This document shows, piece after piece, positions 7,792-18,000 of a DNA stretch of 64,000 nt; position 1 is the stretch's first letter; each line of letters starts with the position of its first letter. The position numbers were made by a program, and so were the translations under genes. The stretch comes from an uncultured virus (IMG/VR IMGVR_UViG_3300027832_000015) (taxonomy: Duplodnaviria > Heunggongvirae > Uroviricota > Caudoviricetes): IMG/VR virus record IMGVR_UViG_3300027832_000015; one strand, written 5' to 3'. The notes under the pieces are model-generated. The model saw only the letters and a list, made by a program, of their open reading frames with translations, was not told where the DNA came from and made no database searches.

Positions 7792-8421
7792 GTGGATCCG
7801 TATTCTGACACATATTCAAAGATCGCGCTGGCACTTACAAGCGCTCAAGTGGCCAAGGAAAGTTTGGTCGCTGAAGAAGGTGTCGGCAGCGATATTCCCT
7901 TCAATTTTTTCGGTTGGAGGGAGTCTGAACTCCTAATGATAGTTCAGTTAGACCCCAGCAAAATGAAAGAGCCAATGGCCGATCGGTTCGATCTTTGCTG
8001 CAGCGCAATGCAGGCCATGAGGCAATATTTCGGATGCACGGAAATAACATTTATTGCAGAAGGTATCCATTCGAGCAAGCCTGAACTCACCTCGGGGAAA
8101 GATCTCGCGCGATTGATGGCTGCCGAGTCTCCGTATGTCCGCGAATGTCTCACCGTGACCCACGTCAAACTGGACGACAACTACGTTCCGGAAGCAACAT
8201 TCGTATCTTGCACTTTCCAGTACCTTGCGGGAGAATTCGTTGTGTGGGACGACGAGAAGGCTTACACCCGTGGTGTTGGAAAAGTTTTGCGCGAAGTTCC
8301 ATTCCCGGCTATGATGGCCGCATCCCTACGGATGGGGTTCGAAGATCCTGATGATGAAGAGATAGACAGCATCATGGAGCACTTCCTTAGTAGGGGATTC
8401 AATGTAAATCATTTTGGGTAA
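7792..8421 (+). CDS. hypothetical protein
   Basis: 209 aa, GTG start, globular composition. Confidence 0.8.
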   Translation: MDPYSDTYSKIALALTSAQVAKESLVAEEGVGSDIPFNFFGWRESELLMIVQLDPSKMKEPMADRFDLCCSAMQAMRQYFGCTEITFIAEGIHSSKPELTSGKDLARLMAAESPYVRECLTVTHVKLDDNYVPEATFVSCTFQYLAGEFVVWDDEKAYTRGVGKVLREVPFPAMMAASLRMGFEDPDDEEIDSIMEHFLSRGFNVNHFG

Positions 8422-8444
8422 CCTATAGGTAGTAAGGTGGGGGC

Positions 8445-8756
8445 ATGAATCATCCTTTTTACAATTCGGGGAGCAGGTGGATCGATGGGCTGGAAGTCTC
8501 TTTCTCTCAAGCCACACGCGAGCCATGCATGGTGTGTGGCCATCCGACGGGGGATTGTGCGGGAAGCCTTCCGCCACCAGAAACAATTGCCGGGTTCAAC
8601 ACCATCGAGTCGCTGGTACCGCAGCAAACATTTCTCTTAGAGGAAAACATTTTCGAAGAACGGCAAATAACACCTTTTACTGTTGCTCGCGTTTTGAAGT
8701 ATCCAAAGGGAAAAATCATCCCGCTTCAAGAAGCAAGAAATCTAGGATTGGCTTAA
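8445..8756 (+). CDS. hypothetical protein with CxxCGH...C motif
   Basis: 103 aa; PCMVCGHPTGDC. Confidence 0.75.
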   Translation: MNHPFYNSGSRWIDGLEVSFSQATREPCMVCGHPTGDCAGSLPPPETIAGFNTIESLVPQQTFLLEENIFEERQITPFTVARVLKYPKGKIIPLQEARNLGLA

Positions 8757-8846
8757 CACTTTCCGTATTTTGTTACCTAGTACAATCAATAAACGGGCGT
8801 TACTAACCCGCAAAAAATCATCCAACTAAATTGAAAGAGTCCAATT

Positions 8847-10772
8847 ATGGCCCTGCTCGCAGAGGAATTCCTAGCCTCGTACGCCTCAAAGTCGCCTCCA
8901 TGGGGGTTCAATGGGATGGGGGAAATTGTTTACCTCCGCACCTACAGTCGCCCCAAAGGTGATGGAACCAGCGAAACATGGCCAGAAACGGTTCAACGAG
9001 TCATTGAAGGCGCCGTTGAAATCGGTGTTCCGTACACTCAGAAGCAAGCCGAAGCTCTCTTCGATCACATGTTCAATCTGCGATGTTCTTTCTCGGGTAG
9101 GGCGTTATGGCAGTTGGGAACTCCACTCGTTAAGGCGTTTAACGCAGCGTCGCTGAACAACTGTTACTTCGTGAACATCGAGAAGGTGGAAGATTTTGAG
9201 TTCCTTTTCGATCATCTGATGCTTGGTGGTGGAGTCGGATTCTCCGTCGAGCGTGCAAAGATTCACGAGTTGCCTAAAGTCAAGGCGTCAGTCGAAATCA
9301 CCAATGAGCGAAGCGACGATGCGGACATCATCGTTCCCGACAGTAGGCAGGGGTGGTCTCGTCTCGTCCATTCGGTTTTGAAGTCCTACTTCTATACGGG
9401 CAAGTCGTTCTCTTACTCTACGATCCTCATTCGCGAGTATGGGGCTCCACTGAAGACGTTTGGTGGCACCGCGAGCGGCCCGGGCGCCCTCATTGATGGC
9501 ATCGTAGATATCTGCAAGGTGATGGACGCGCGAGTGGGGAAGAAGTTGCGTTCCGTTGACGTCCTCGACATCTGCAACATCATTGGTCGCATTGTCGTCT
9601 CTGGCTCTAGTCGTCGTTCTGCACAGATCGCTATCGGTGACCCCGATGACGTCCTTTTTTTGCGTGCCAAGAACTGGTCTAGCGGTTCCGTTCCTGCGTG
9701 GCGAGCAAACTCGAACAACTCGGTTTATGCGGACTCTTGGGACGAGATCATCCCCGAGGTTTGGAAGGGTTACGACGGTTCTGGCGAGCCTTACGGTTTC
9801 GTGAATCGCAAGTTGGCCCGTCAATACGGGCGCCTTGGACATAAGAAGCCAGATCCGACCATCGAGGGATACAACCCCTGCGCTGAGATTGCTCTCGGCG
9901 ATGGAGAGTCTTGCAACTTGTCAACGATCTTCTTGCCGAAAATCGATTCGTTGGCTCAGTTCCGCGAGGTTTCTGAACTTCTCTACATGTGTCAGAAGCA
10001 GATCACACGGATGGATTACCCGTATGAGAAGACAACGAAGATTGTGTCGAAGAACGCCCGTTTGGGTCAGTCTGTCACTGGAATTTTGCAGTGCTCAGAG
10101 AAGCAACTGTCGTGGCTTGATCCGGTCTACGAGTATCTTGAGGGTCTCGACGAGAAATATTCGGAAGAGCACGGTTTCCCGAAGTCTGTCCGTCTGACAA
10201 CAGTTCAGCCTTCTGGCACGTTGGCTCTTCTTCCCGGAGTCACTCCCGGGGTTCATCCCGCTTACTCCCAGCATTACATCCGTCGTGTTCGGTTTGGTTC
10301 GTCTGATCCGCTCGTTGATTCGTGCCGTAAGCGTGGCTATACGGTCAGGTGGGACGTCGGCATTGACGGGCGAGAGGATCACACTCGCTACGTTGTGGAG
10401 TTCCCCTGCGAGTCGCCGGAGGGCGCTGTCTTGGCCGCAGATATGACTGCTGTGGAGCAGTTGGAGTGGGTGAAGAAGATGCAGACCGACTGGGCCGATA
10501 ATGCCGTTTCGGTAACAGTCTATTACCGGCTTGAAGAGTTGCCGGAAATTAAGCAGTGGATGTCAGAGAACTACACGAATGTCCTGAAGTCGGTGTCATT
10601 TTTGCTTCACGCTGACCACAACTTCCCGTTGCCTCCTTACGAGGAATGCACGAAGGAAGAGTACGAGAAGATGCTGGCCAAGATCGATTTCTCGGTTCCA
10701 TTGGTCCAGTCGACATTTACGGATGAATTGATGATCGATGACTGCGCCACCGGAGCGTGCCCCATCAAGTAG
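8847..10772 (+). CDS. nrdJ: class II (adenosylcobalamin-dependent) ribonucleoside-triphosphate reductase
   Basis: LRTYSR, GGGVGF, RRSAQIA, NPCAEI...CNL, TVQPSGT, C-terminal CATGACPIK. Confidence 0.96.
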   Translation: MALLAEEFLASYASKSPPWGFNGMGEIVYLRTYSRPKGDGTSETWPETVQRVIEGAVEIGVPYTQKQAEALFDHMFNLRCSFSGRALWQLGTPLVKAFNAASLNNCYFVNIEKVEDFEFLFDHLMLGGGVGFSVERAKIHELPKVKASVEITNERSDDADIIVPDSRQGWSRLVHSVLKSYFYTGKSFSYSTILIREYGAPLKTFGGTASGPGALIDGIVDICKVMDARVGKKLRSVDVLDICNIIGRIVVSGSSRRSAQIAIGDPDDVLFLRAKNWSSGSVPAWRANSNNSVYADSWDEIIPEVWKGYDGSGEPYGFVNRKLARQYGRLGHKKPDPTIEGYNPCAEIALGDGESCNLSTIFLPKIDSLAQFREVSELLYMCQKQITRMDYPYEKTTKIVSKNARLGQSVTGILQCSEKQLSWLDPVYEYLEGLDEKYSEEHGFPKSVRLTTVQPSGTLALLPGVTPGVHPAYSQHYIRRVRFGSSDPLVDSCRKRGYTVRWDVGIDGREDHTRYVVEFPCESPEGAVLAADMTAVEQLEWVKKMQTDWADNAVSVTVYYRLEELPEIKQWMSENYTNVLKSVSFLLHADHNFPLPPYEECTKEEYEKMLAKIDFSVPLVQSTFTDELMIDDCATGACPIK

Positions 10773-10992
10773 ATCGGTTGTGTTGTTGGCGGAACAGTTG
10801 CTCTTTGTTAGCTGGTTCCGCCAACAGTATGCCTTCTTCGTCGCATAGCCAGCAGGTCCGATTGTCGACCCAAAAAACGAGACATGGGGCGCAACCGTAA
10901 ACTGTTGAGGTCCATGACATCATCGCCAGTGCGCTGAATCCAACTTTTATCAGGTGGTCCTTGAGGAATTCGGCGGTCGGGTTGTCAGTCAA
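10765..10992 (-). CDS. small Zn-finger protein
   Basis: TTG start at 10992 overlapping the nuclease stop; CAPC...CWLC. Confidence 0.6.
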   Translation of the reverse strand: MTDNPTAEFLKDHLIKVGFSALAMMSWTSTVYGCAPCLVFWVDNRTCWLCDEEGILLAEPANKEQLFRQQHNRST

Positions 10993-11351
10993 GGCTTGAC
11001 ACCGAAATAGTTCGTTGCGTGCCCTGAATCTACGAGTTGTTCGTTTAGGGAAATCTCGCATTTTTCGTCGGCGTAGATGTTGGCAAGAAGACGACCGTAT
11101 TTGCCTTTTCCGTCTTTGAATGTCTGGACGAAACAGTCCTTGGTCCGGTCGAACCAGTCCTCGACGTAGGCTTTTGCGGCAAGGCCTAGTTCTTTTTCGG
11201 CAAGATTTTTGGTTCTGATCTCAGGGGTATTGATGCCGTACAGTCGGCACCTGACTTTGTGGTGAATGTTGAAACCTAAATCGATGGTCAGATCTACTGT
11301 GTCACCATCGACAACTCGTTGGAGTTTTGCTTTGTAGGTGTACAGGTTCAT
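10989..11351 (-). CDS. thermonuclease (SNase family)
   Basis: RVVDGDT, RLYGINTPE, GKYGRLLA motifs. Confidence 0.95.
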   Translation of the reverse strand: MNLYTYKAKLQRVVDGDTVDLTIDLGFNIHHKVRCRLYGINTPEIRTKNLAEKELGLAAKAYVEDWFDRTKDCFVQTFKDGKGKYGRLLANIYADEKCEISLNEQLVDSGHATNYFGVKP

Positions 11352-11518
11352 TCGTCGACAAACTTTTCAATCGAGTCCTTGTTCTTTTTGCGTAAAAAGC
11401 GGACACTGTCGTTCTCCACAACAATTTCTTCAAGGTCCTCTGGGGTTCCACGGAAATCTTTTCCGTGACGTTTGTACTCTTCCCAGTAGTCATTGTCAGC
11501 ATTACTGTTTCTCGTCAT
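11348..11518 (-). CDS. 56-aa hypothetical protein
   Basis: Not in ORF track; MTRNSNADNDYWEEYKRHGKDFRG...KFVDE, ATGA-coupled to the nuclease. Confidence 0.6.
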   Translation of the reverse strand: MTRNSNADNDYWEEYKRHGKDFRGTPEDLEEIVVENDSVRFLRKKNKDSIEKFVDE

Positions 11519-11535
11519 ACAATAACATTATACAT

Positions 11536-11569
11536 AAAAAGAAAATCCCCCGGGTGTTACCCCGGGGGA
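11536..11569 (-). terminator. intrinsic terminator after the major capsid gene
   Basis: tcccccggg-tgttac-cccggggga hairpin followed on the minus strand by TTTTCTTTTT. Confidence 0.85.
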
Positions 11570-11618
11570 AATTCCACATGGTGCGGCATGAATGCCGCCG
11601 GTTACGTACCGTTAAACG

Positions 11619-12944
11619 TTAGGCGTCTGCTGGTGCGGAGTTGAAGCTGACGGAGACGAAGGCCTCCGGACGCTTGACCGCGAGGGCCAGACGCTGCTCT
11701 GCGAGCACCACGATCGCGTTGCGAACGAAGAAGTCCGAGTGCTGCTCGGAGATCCGGATGTTCGCTTGCTCTCGATCGTACAACTGGGCGCCGGTACCGA
11801 ACGCACCGACGAGAGCGGTGCCCTCATCGATGGCCGGGGTCTCGACGACCGGGAGACGCCACACACGCGGTTCGCCACCAAGGGCGACCGAGATGGCTAC
11901 GAGGTACTGACCGTTGCTGTCCTTGGTCAACTCGATGTCTTCCCAGTCGTTCGGGTGAAGAACGACGCCGGTCGGCTCGTAGTAGGCAAGGAACGACAGC
12001 GTGGCGGCGCGACGAATCGCGTCAGCCTTGGTGTCGGGAACCGGTAAGGTTGCGCCGCTGGACCAGTTGTATGTCTGGATGCCAGCAGTGTTCAGCACAC
12101 CCTCAAGGTTCTCGCCGGTGCCGTCACCAGAGAGGATTTGAGCGTCCTCCTGAAGGCGGAGGCCGTACATCAACTCGTTGTCGATGATCGAACGCAACTG
12201 CGGCTCGTCGGCGAGCACGTTGCGGTGAGCGGCTTCCCAGTGAGCAATGGTCCGCACGGGCGCCTGAACGCCAGTGAAGGTCATAGCGGACTGCGGCTTG
12301 ACGCCGAACACGTTAGGCGTACCTGCCGTGCGTTCTGCCACGGTGGCGGCGTTGTTCGTGAATCCTGTCATCCGGAAGTACTCGACAATTGCTGCCGAGG
12401 TGGTTCGTACCGGGAACAGGTCGCGAACACGCTTGGTGCGCATCGGCGGGATGACGATGGGGTCACGATCGATCGTACCGAACTGCCCGGGGGTGCCTGA
12501 AGGCATAGCCGAGTAGAGGTCCTTGACGTCGTAGCCGTTGGCTGTGGTGAGGGCACCCTTGTACTGGAAGGGCGACGGCATGTTGGCGCCGTTACGTCCA
12601 CCCTGAAGGGTCTTGAACTCTTCTGAGCCGAGGAATGCTTCGCCAACGGACTTGTACCTGGTGCGAGCCTCGCGGAGGCCCTCTCCGGCGGCGGCGGCGG
12701 CGGCGATGGAGTCGCCTTCAGCCTCGGAAGCCCATGCTTCGACGCTCTCAAGCGACTGAAGGCCGGTGATCAATGACTTGATCTCCTTGATTTCCGTCAT
12801 GTTGCTGTCGAATGCCGACTTCTGGGCCTGATCGACAATGACAACGCCGTCTTCGATCTGGAATGAATCTGCGATCGCCTTGTTTGAGGCGGTCTTTTCT
12901 CGGAGCGCGGACTGCAACTCCTTGATGCGGTTTGCATCTTCCAT
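11619..12944 (-). CDS. HK97-fold major capsid protein
   Basis: Coiled-coil delta domain, VRTIAHW, ILSGDGTGENLEGVL, FVRNAIVVLAEQRLALAVKRPEAF. Confidence 0.96.
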   Translation of the reverse strand: MEDANRIKELQSALREKTASNKAIADSFQIEDGVVIVDQAQKSAFDSNMTEIKEIKSLITGLQSLESVEAWASEAEGDSIAAAAAAGEGLREARTRYKSVGEAFLGSEEFKTLQGGRNGANMPSPFQYKGALTTANGYDVKDLYSAMPSGTPGQFGTIDRDPIVIPPMRTKRVRDLFPVRTTSAAIVEYFRMTGFTNNAATVAERTAGTPNVFGVKPQSAMTFTGVQAPVRTIAHWEAAHRNVLADEPQLRSIIDNELMYGLRLQEDAQILSGDGTGENLEGVLNTAGIQTYNWSSGATLPVPDTKADAIRRAATLSFLAYYEPTGVVLHPNDWEDIELTKDSNGQYLVAISVALGGEPRVWRLPVVETPAIDEGTALVGAFGTGAQLYDREQANIRISEQHSDFFVRNAIVVLAEQRLALAVKRPEAFVSVSFNSAPADA

Positions 12945-13055
12945 ATGAATCTCCTCCTTGGAGAAATAATTTGGGTGAACGTGGTTGCAAAGACTACGTG
13001 AGCACGCGCCCTCTTACATAAAATAATAGACCAACCACAAGGGTTAATATTGCAA

Positions 13056-14723
13056 CTACAGGATTTTTTCTGATTTACCTTGCGGGGGATTTTGTTGGGC
13101 ACTTTTCCAACGATTCCTTACATAGTTGGAACCGGTCGACCCAAAGAAGTCATCAAACGACTTGTCATCATTGATCTCAAAAGCACCATCTCGCGTACGC
13201 TTGGCAATGAGCGACGGTGGCTGAACACTATTGTTCCACAGGTAGAAGTCATCAAACATATTGGACGTAATCTGACGTGGAACAATAGGCTGCAACTCTC
13301 CAGCAATTTGGCTACCGAACCACCCCGGGAGAACCGGACCACCAGAAGCCTTATTTATTGCATTGCGAGAAGCTAAGCGTCGATCGGCCTCAGCGCCCGG
13401 AATGTAGACAAAGTGCCCAACCGTCGCGTAACCGTTGTTTCTCGCCCACTTCAGGTGCTCTGTCCGCTTACCCGTTCCGGTAACGACCACGTCCGTGCCC
13501 GCCTCACGGGCAGCATCCATCGCCCTGTCCGTGACGGCCCTCGAAGCAGGGTGAACTGCCGCAGCGCCACGACCACCGTCCCACCCCTCAAGTTGAGTCT
13601 TGATCCAGTCCGGATCAATGAAGGCAGCTGCATTGGACGCTGGAACATCCAGAGTCCCATCCTCGACAAGAGTGGTTTTTCCTGAGCCGGTTGTTCCGCC
13701 AACAAAATGTAGCGTCCTAGCGCCGCCCGGCTTGTTTCTGTGCTCAGGGGCGACCCGATTGATGATTTTAGATGTCGCTTCTCGGCCACCAGAACCGACC
13801 CTGCCGGACCTCATGCCTGAACGGAGTTCTCTATACTTATCTACCGTGTCGCCACTCAACGCCTTTCGGACGCTAGGGGGAGCCTCTGAGTACCAGCCGG
13901 GATCACTGGCGATCAGTTTCTCCCAAGACGCCGCTGACGACTTCTTCGTCTTCGTTGCTTTCTTGACCGCTTTCCCAACTTTTCGTACCACTGCAGGTCG
14001 CTCGAAAGCTGTTGAGTCCTGAATCAGGCCGTCGTTGTCCCCATCGAGGGCCTTGGGGTCGTATGGCTGAGCGGAGCGGAGCGCCCTGCCGAGAGACTTG
14101 CCATACAACTCTTCGTTGAGAGAAACCTTGCGGCGCGGCTTTTTCTTACCGAGCCTGTCCTGCTCTTCTTCAAGGATTCGACGGGCCCTTTGACGTTCTA
14201 GCCGATCCCGGTATCTCCTGCCCAGCGCGGTCGATCCAGTGCGTCGAGCGTAATCGGTGATATTGCTACACGGTGTCCATACTGTATTTCCGCCGGTGGA
14301 GCGGCGACGAGCTACCCCGATGCAGCCCATTTGGCGAGCACGCCTGCGGGCGGAGTTTATGTCAGTGAAAACGTCCTCGTCTCCATCGAATGGAATGGAG
14401 GACGCAGCTTTGCCTCCAACTGCTCCTGAAACAAGGCCGCCGCCAGACATTGTGTCGATTGCAATGACGCCACGCTCGCTGAGTTCTTCCCAGTTCTTTT
14501 TGTTCTTAGATTTCTTTTTGCGGCCCTTGCGTTCGCGAACGCTTTCGTAATCACGCATTCTAGAAAGGACAGACTTTTTTTCCTGTTCGTTTTCGAGACG
14601 CTCGTACTCTTCGTGGGTTTTGCAAGCCATCCACGTTCCGTTTGGGTGTTGATGAGCACCAGCACAGCCGAGTTCTTTGGCTCGGCGCAGAGCCGCTGCC
14701 CTGTTTGCGGTGTCTCCGGACAT
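13056..14723 (-). CDS. head-operon protein: two DUF3721-like Cys repeats, DxDxDG box, C-terminal zeta-toxin-like P-loop kinase
   Basis: RRAKELGCAGAH...WMAC and RRARQMGCIG...WTPC; GGTTGSGKTT, IDPDWIK, DVVVTGT. Confidence 0.82.
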   Translation of the reverse strand: MSGDTANRAAALRRAKELGCAGAHQHPNGTWMACKTHEEYERLENEQEKKSVLSRMRDYESVRERKGRKKKSKNKKNWEELSERGVIAIDTMSGGGLVSGAVGGKAASSIPFDGDEDVFTDINSARRRARQMGCIGVARRRSTGGNTVWTPCSNITDYARRTGSTALGRRYRDRLERQRARRILEEEQDRLGKKKPRRKVSLNEELYGKSLGRALRSAQPYDPKALDGDNDGLIQDSTAFERPAVVRKVGKAVKKATKTKKSSAASWEKLIASDPGWYSEAPPSVRKALSGDTVDKYRELRSGMRSGRVGSGGREATSKIINRVAPEHRNKPGGARTLHFVGGTTGSGKTTLVEDGTLDVPASNAAAFIDPDWIKTQLEGWDGGRGAAAVHPASRAVTDRAMDAAREAGTDVVVTGTGKRTEHLKWARNNGYATVGHFVYIPGAEADRRLASRNAINKASGGPVLPGWFGSQIAGELQPIVPRQITSNMFDDFYLWNNSVQPPSLIAKRTRDGAFEINDDKSFDDFFGSTGSNYVRNRWKSAQQNPPQGKSEKIL

Positions 14724-14725
14724 GA

Positions 14726-15094
14726 TTAGGACTCGTTATAGTTGTAGTCCATCGAAAGACGAGCTACTTTCGGGTCGCTGATCTTCAGTTTCTCAAGTTT
14801 CGCTGCAGCCTTTTGAGCCTCAAAGGTCTCGTAGCCGTATCGCTTCCGGTACATCTCTGCTTCTTCAATTTGATCTTCGTAGTCTTCCCCAATGGCTGCG
14901 AACAAATCGTTATCTGGCGGATATGGCTTACCTGCCTCTCGTATTCGCATGATGAACTTTTGACGCATTTCTTGGTCAATCGAAAAAGGCGGGTAGTCGA
15001 TCGCGTGCGAGAAGCGTTTGTGGTAGTCACCGAACTTTTTGCGCTCCTCTACCTCCTCGTCGGTCAGATCAAGATCGTAGGTATTTACTGTCAT
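14726..15094 (-). CDS. small acidic protein, candidate immunity/antitoxin
   Basis: 122 aa, 2 bp after the ART-like gene and 2 bp before the zeta-like gene; function inferred from position. Confidence 0.6.
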   Translation of the reverse strand: MTVNTYDLDLTDEEVEERKKFGDYHKRFSHAIDYPPFSIDQEMRQKFIMRIREAGKPYPPDNDLFAAIGEDYEDQIEEAEMYRKRYGYETFEAQKAAAKLEKLKISDPKVARLSMDYNYNES

Positions 15095-15096
15095 GG

Positions 15097-18000
15097 TTAT
15101 CCTCTGGCTGCTTTGATCATTACTCTTGCTTCGATACCATCTATCGGCTGAGAGATATCAAGTACTGCGACCGTTCCGCGGTTATGGACAAGCACAACTT
15201 CGCCGTGATCGACGTAGTCGTATCCTAACATAGGGGCATAATAGCCAGCGTCGTGGGCGGACAATGACTGCATGTACCCCAGCGCATCCCACATTGGTTC
15301 GCGACGAGGGTCGTCTGGTTTCAACTTTGAATACTGATCAATCCATTGGTCATAAATTCTGCCCATATCTGACTGCTCAAGAAGTCCGGCAACTCCAAGA
15401 CGAGTTTCTGCTTCTTTCAGACGTTTTGTTATTGCCGCCGCAGCGTTTGCTGGATCCTCATTTTTGAGAACATCGGTACCCTGCTCAGAGATGAGCGATT
15501 CGACCTCTCTGGCCAACTTTTTGTGATCGTTCTGGATGTCATTGAGGTCTTTGCTGTCGATTCCGTTGCCGTCAGGATCAACGAATCCGACCATTCCCGT
15601 ACCGTAAGCACCCCAGTGGCTACTCTTTTCTGAAGCCCAGTATTCTCCCACGCCGTAAGCACGAGCACCCTGACCCGGGATGAAACGATCGTCGTCCTCC
15701 TTGTAGGAGTTGATGTAGCCGAGGGCCTTACTGTTCTCACGGCCGACGCCACGGTGGATGGGCGTCCATCCAGCATCAATCAATGTTTCGAATTCGTTCT
15801 CCGATAGAAGCACCGGCTTACCGTTCATTTCCCCGTTCTCCCAAAGATTCAGGAGAAGATCGTCAAACGTTTCCTTGTCGATTTCGCCTTTGTCTCGCCC
15901 GATGATCCGAGTCTGAACAAAGGCGAGGAAGTCAATGAAATTGTCATCGACCTTCGGTTTTCCGCCTGCGTCACGGGCAAGTGGAGTTTTCTGACGTCGA
16001 TCCTCGAACAGTTTGCGAATACTCTTCTCGGTACGCTCTCCACGCAACTTGCGTCGCGCCCTGCGGAGCAATCGCGCGAGCTTACGACGCGCCTTTTCGG
16101 TGGCAGCAATGTCGGACTGGGTGGCGGTACGACCGAGCAGAGAGTTCCGACGCATACGTCGGTTTTGGCGGCGCTGTTCGCGATCTGCATCGGGTTGCAT
16201 GATGCGGTCGGCGAAGTCCCTCCGACGTTTGCCGGCCTTCTTCGCTGCCCTTTCGGAAATTGCACCCCCTACGGCGCTGGCACTTGATGAACGCTCATCG
16301 TTATAGAAGGTCGATTCCTGACCGAGGCCCACCGATGCCGCTGTTGGGACGTCCTTGTTTTCTTTGCGAGCGTCCGTCATCACCCGCTTCTGCGTCGTGT
16401 CGTGGAGATGCTCCAGCATTGAGTAGTCGCCACGTAAGCGCATCTCGGCAAGAGTCTTGATGTCGTCTAGCTGCTTCCGCTTACTGGCGTAAACTTCGGG
16501 TGTGATTTCACCGTCTCCAAGACTTGAGTCAAGTGCTGACTGCAAAGTTTCCAGTAGGTCATTTTCCGGTACAATTTGACGCATCTCGTCTGGCGTCATG
16601 CCGACTGTATATAGGCCGTCATCGAGCATGTTTTGACGAGCCCCATCGAGCGGGCCGTTTTTCGTGAGGTCGTAGAACAAGGCACCTTCTCGCGCCCTTG
16701 CTGCATCACGGACAGATGCTTTCTGAGCATCATTCAAGTTGCCCCAAACCTGACCGTCTCTGTCGTTGACCTTGGTTATACCAGCGACGCCTCCGCGTTT
16801 CTTCCGTGAGCGCATGCCGCCACCAAGGCCGCGTGTTGCAGTGACGTCCATTTGTGCTGCTTGGCGGTCGGCCCTATCAATTCCTCTGTCGGGGGAAAAG
16901 CGGGGGGCCGCTTGGCGTGCTGAACGCATTCCATTTCCGGAGGGATCCTTTGGGGGTATCGAGTCGACCTTGCCGACCTTGCCGACACCACGATCCTTTC
17001 CGTTCTTCTTTGCGTTTCGTTCAAGATCGACGATTGCATCGCTGCCCCAGATCCGTCTGATCCAACGTTCGACATCGTGTTTTAAGGGCTTTCTGGGATT
17101 CCAATGCGTTCCCCGAAATAAAATACCTACTCCGATTTTTTCCTCGAACTTTGGGCTATTCGGTCCGGGCCACGTGCTGGTCACGTCGGTCCCCTGCTTC
17201 TTGGTCCAGTCGTACAGGCGGTCGGGAACAATAATTACCGACCCATTTCCGCCCGCATCGTGCAGAACAAAACCATTGGCCTCAAGCATTTTGAAGAAAT
17301 TTTGGTCACCGGCCTCGATGCGTTTGTGTTGCGGACGTTTCGCCTCGCCGTTGAGGCCGAAGTAAAGTTCAACCGTCCGCTTGTTTGAGGTGTCGGTAAT
17401 TTTGGGTAATTTTTCACTACTGACATTCGATGGATTGCCACTCGTTGGGTTCTTCGGGCTCTTCGGCGCCTTCGGCTTCTTCGGCCCCCTCCTTGATTGC
17501 AACCCGCTGATACTGCTAGAGCGACGCTCAGTCAGCGTGTCGAGAGTGTCATTCAGTATCTGAGAAAGACTAGAACGATCCGAATTAGACATGCCATCCA
17601 AAGGCCCATCGAGTTCGAGTTGGCGCAGGGCTGCCCGGAGGCGCCCCATGAACTCTGCGTTCGAACCGTAAACACCCTTTCCATCGAGGACCGTAGCGGC
17701 TTCCACGACGGCACTACTAATTCCGTTATTCATTTGCGCGTAGCCACCAAAATTAACGTCGACGCCATCGAGTAGTTCCCGTACTTCTTTTCCGGTTGCG
17801 CGCTCCTTGGAAGGGCGCATGCCCTTCGATTTCCTTATCGATTCGAGACCAAGAGAGTCTTCGACACCACCACCGAATTCGTAGGTGTTGCCGCTGGGGG
17901 TTTCAACGAAAAGCGAATGGTGACCGCCACCGTAGTCGCCGCGGTTACCCCAACTTGCCTCTCGAAAATATTCGTATCTTGCACCTTTGAGAGGCCCCTT

